Positions 62,925 through 64,000 of a stretch of DNA of 64,000 nucleotides are shown here, in pieces. Positions within the stretch are counted from its first letter, which is position 1, and each line of letters opens with the position of its first letter. Where the stretch lies: NCBI GenBank assembly GCA_977017645.1, contig OZ360243.1, positions 49,662,001 through 49,726,000 of the forward strand. Direction: 5' to 3'. The notes beneath the pieces were generated by a model, which searched no databases, was not told the DNA's origin, and saw only the letters and a program-made list of their open reading frames with translations. Source of the stretch: Torpedo marmorata (lineage: Eukaryota). The position numbers were made by a program, and so were the translations under genes.

Positions 62925-63152
62925 TGTTGGTGAATCTGTAGAATTCTCTGCCCATGGAGGTGGTGGAGGCCACCTCATTGAATATATGCAAAGAGATAAA
63001 TAGATTTTTGCAAAATAGGGGAATTAGGGTTACGGGCAAAAGGCAGGGAGGAGAAGCTGAGTCCATGGTCAGATCAGCCATGATCTTATTGAATGGTGGA
63101 GCAGGCTCGATGGCTGAATAACCTACTCCTGCTCCTATTTCTTTTGTTCTTC
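62925..63152 (+). mobile_element. CR1 LINE 3' tail fragment
   Basis: ggtgaatctgtagaattctctgccc..gatcagccatgatcttattgaatggtggagcaggctcg..cctactcctgctcctatt. Confidence 0.82.
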
Positions 63153-63804
63153 TACATCAACTTCGGTCATTAATGTATGTAGCAAACAGTAATGGACACA
63201 GTGCTGATTATTGTGGAACTACAACTGGTCATAAAAGCAAAAATCCATTAACACCCTTTGTCTCCTATTACCAAGCCACTTTGGATCCAGTTTGCCTTGA
63301 GCTGGAATGTTTGGCACAATCCTTCTGTGCGGGACCTTGTCAAAAGCCTTACCAAGGGAATGAGTGACAGGTTGTTCCCAGCATAAATCTCTGGTCTGTG
63401 CCACAGTATCGGAGTGCCAGATTTCTTGTTATTATGAGTCAGTTCTGATCAATCTCCAATAGCTCTCAAGTGAGGGAATGTCCAACCTTGCCCTTAGTGA
63501 CCATTGTTGAGGCTTGCTGTCAGGACTTGTGGCATGTATTGTCTTGGGATGCGTGGGAAAACAGCTTGATCGGTGAAGTGTTGCCCTGTCATGGTCCAAG
63601 CCTTCTCAAGGGGAAAGAAGCACTGGCATTGTACTGGGAGGATGAGTGGAGGAAAGTGGTGGTGGGCACAATATACTTTGCTTCTGGCTGAAGGGAGTGA
63701 CTTTATTGCCAACAATTCCCAGAACAAGCCAAACTGAGATTGGTACCACATTACAGATTCAGAGTGTGTTACCTAATCAACTCAATAATGCATCTGTCAA
63801 ACAG

Positions 63805-63945
63805 GGACCTGCAGAGGCAGCTAACCTTGGCCAGGTTCTTAAAGAAGACCTGCAGACTGAGAACAGGAACCTGAAAGGCCAACTGAATGACAGCCTAAAG
63901 GAGCTGCATCAGAAGGAGCTTCGCATCCAGAAATTTAACAGCAAG
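63805..63945 (+). CDS. GOLGB1: giantin coding exon 17 (gene continues beyond window)
   Basis: aacag|GPAEAANLGQVLKEDLQTENRNLKGQLNDSLKELHQKELRIQKFNSK|gtgagt; 141 nt. Confidence 0.92.
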
Positions 63946-64000
63946 GTGAGTGCAGAGGACAGGTCACACTGGACAACATTTTTTTTCAAAAGGTTTGATT

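Overview
Eukaryotic, intron-rich vertebrate DNA. The repeat landscape (V-SINEs with CR1-type tails, CR1, Rex1/Babar, L1-clade, Gypsy, Penelope-like hairpins) suggests a cartilaginous fish, which is an inference. One gene dominates: GOLGB1 (giantin) on the + strand. I traced 17 coding exons by hand from ATG 14760 to 63945. All have AG/GT ends and consistent phases, giving 3098 codons and including a 5339-nt and a 1939-nt exon. The gene continues past the window end. A CpG-rich candidate promoter (X-box and ETS motifs) lies at about 5950-6130, followed by a 31-bp GC-rich minisatellite. The introns hold nested mobile elements. The most notable are: Penelope-like fold-back elements with target-site duplications (TSDs) and minimal hammerhead-ribozyme motifs; a composite hAT MITE (hairpin-spacer-hairpin) that moved as one unit; a SINE > Gypsy LTR > CR1/Gypsy-RT chimera nest; and an L1 interrupted by an antisense L1 of another subfamily. 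There is no CRISPR array or prokaryotic system. All calls come from reading the sequence and recalling family features; no searches were run.
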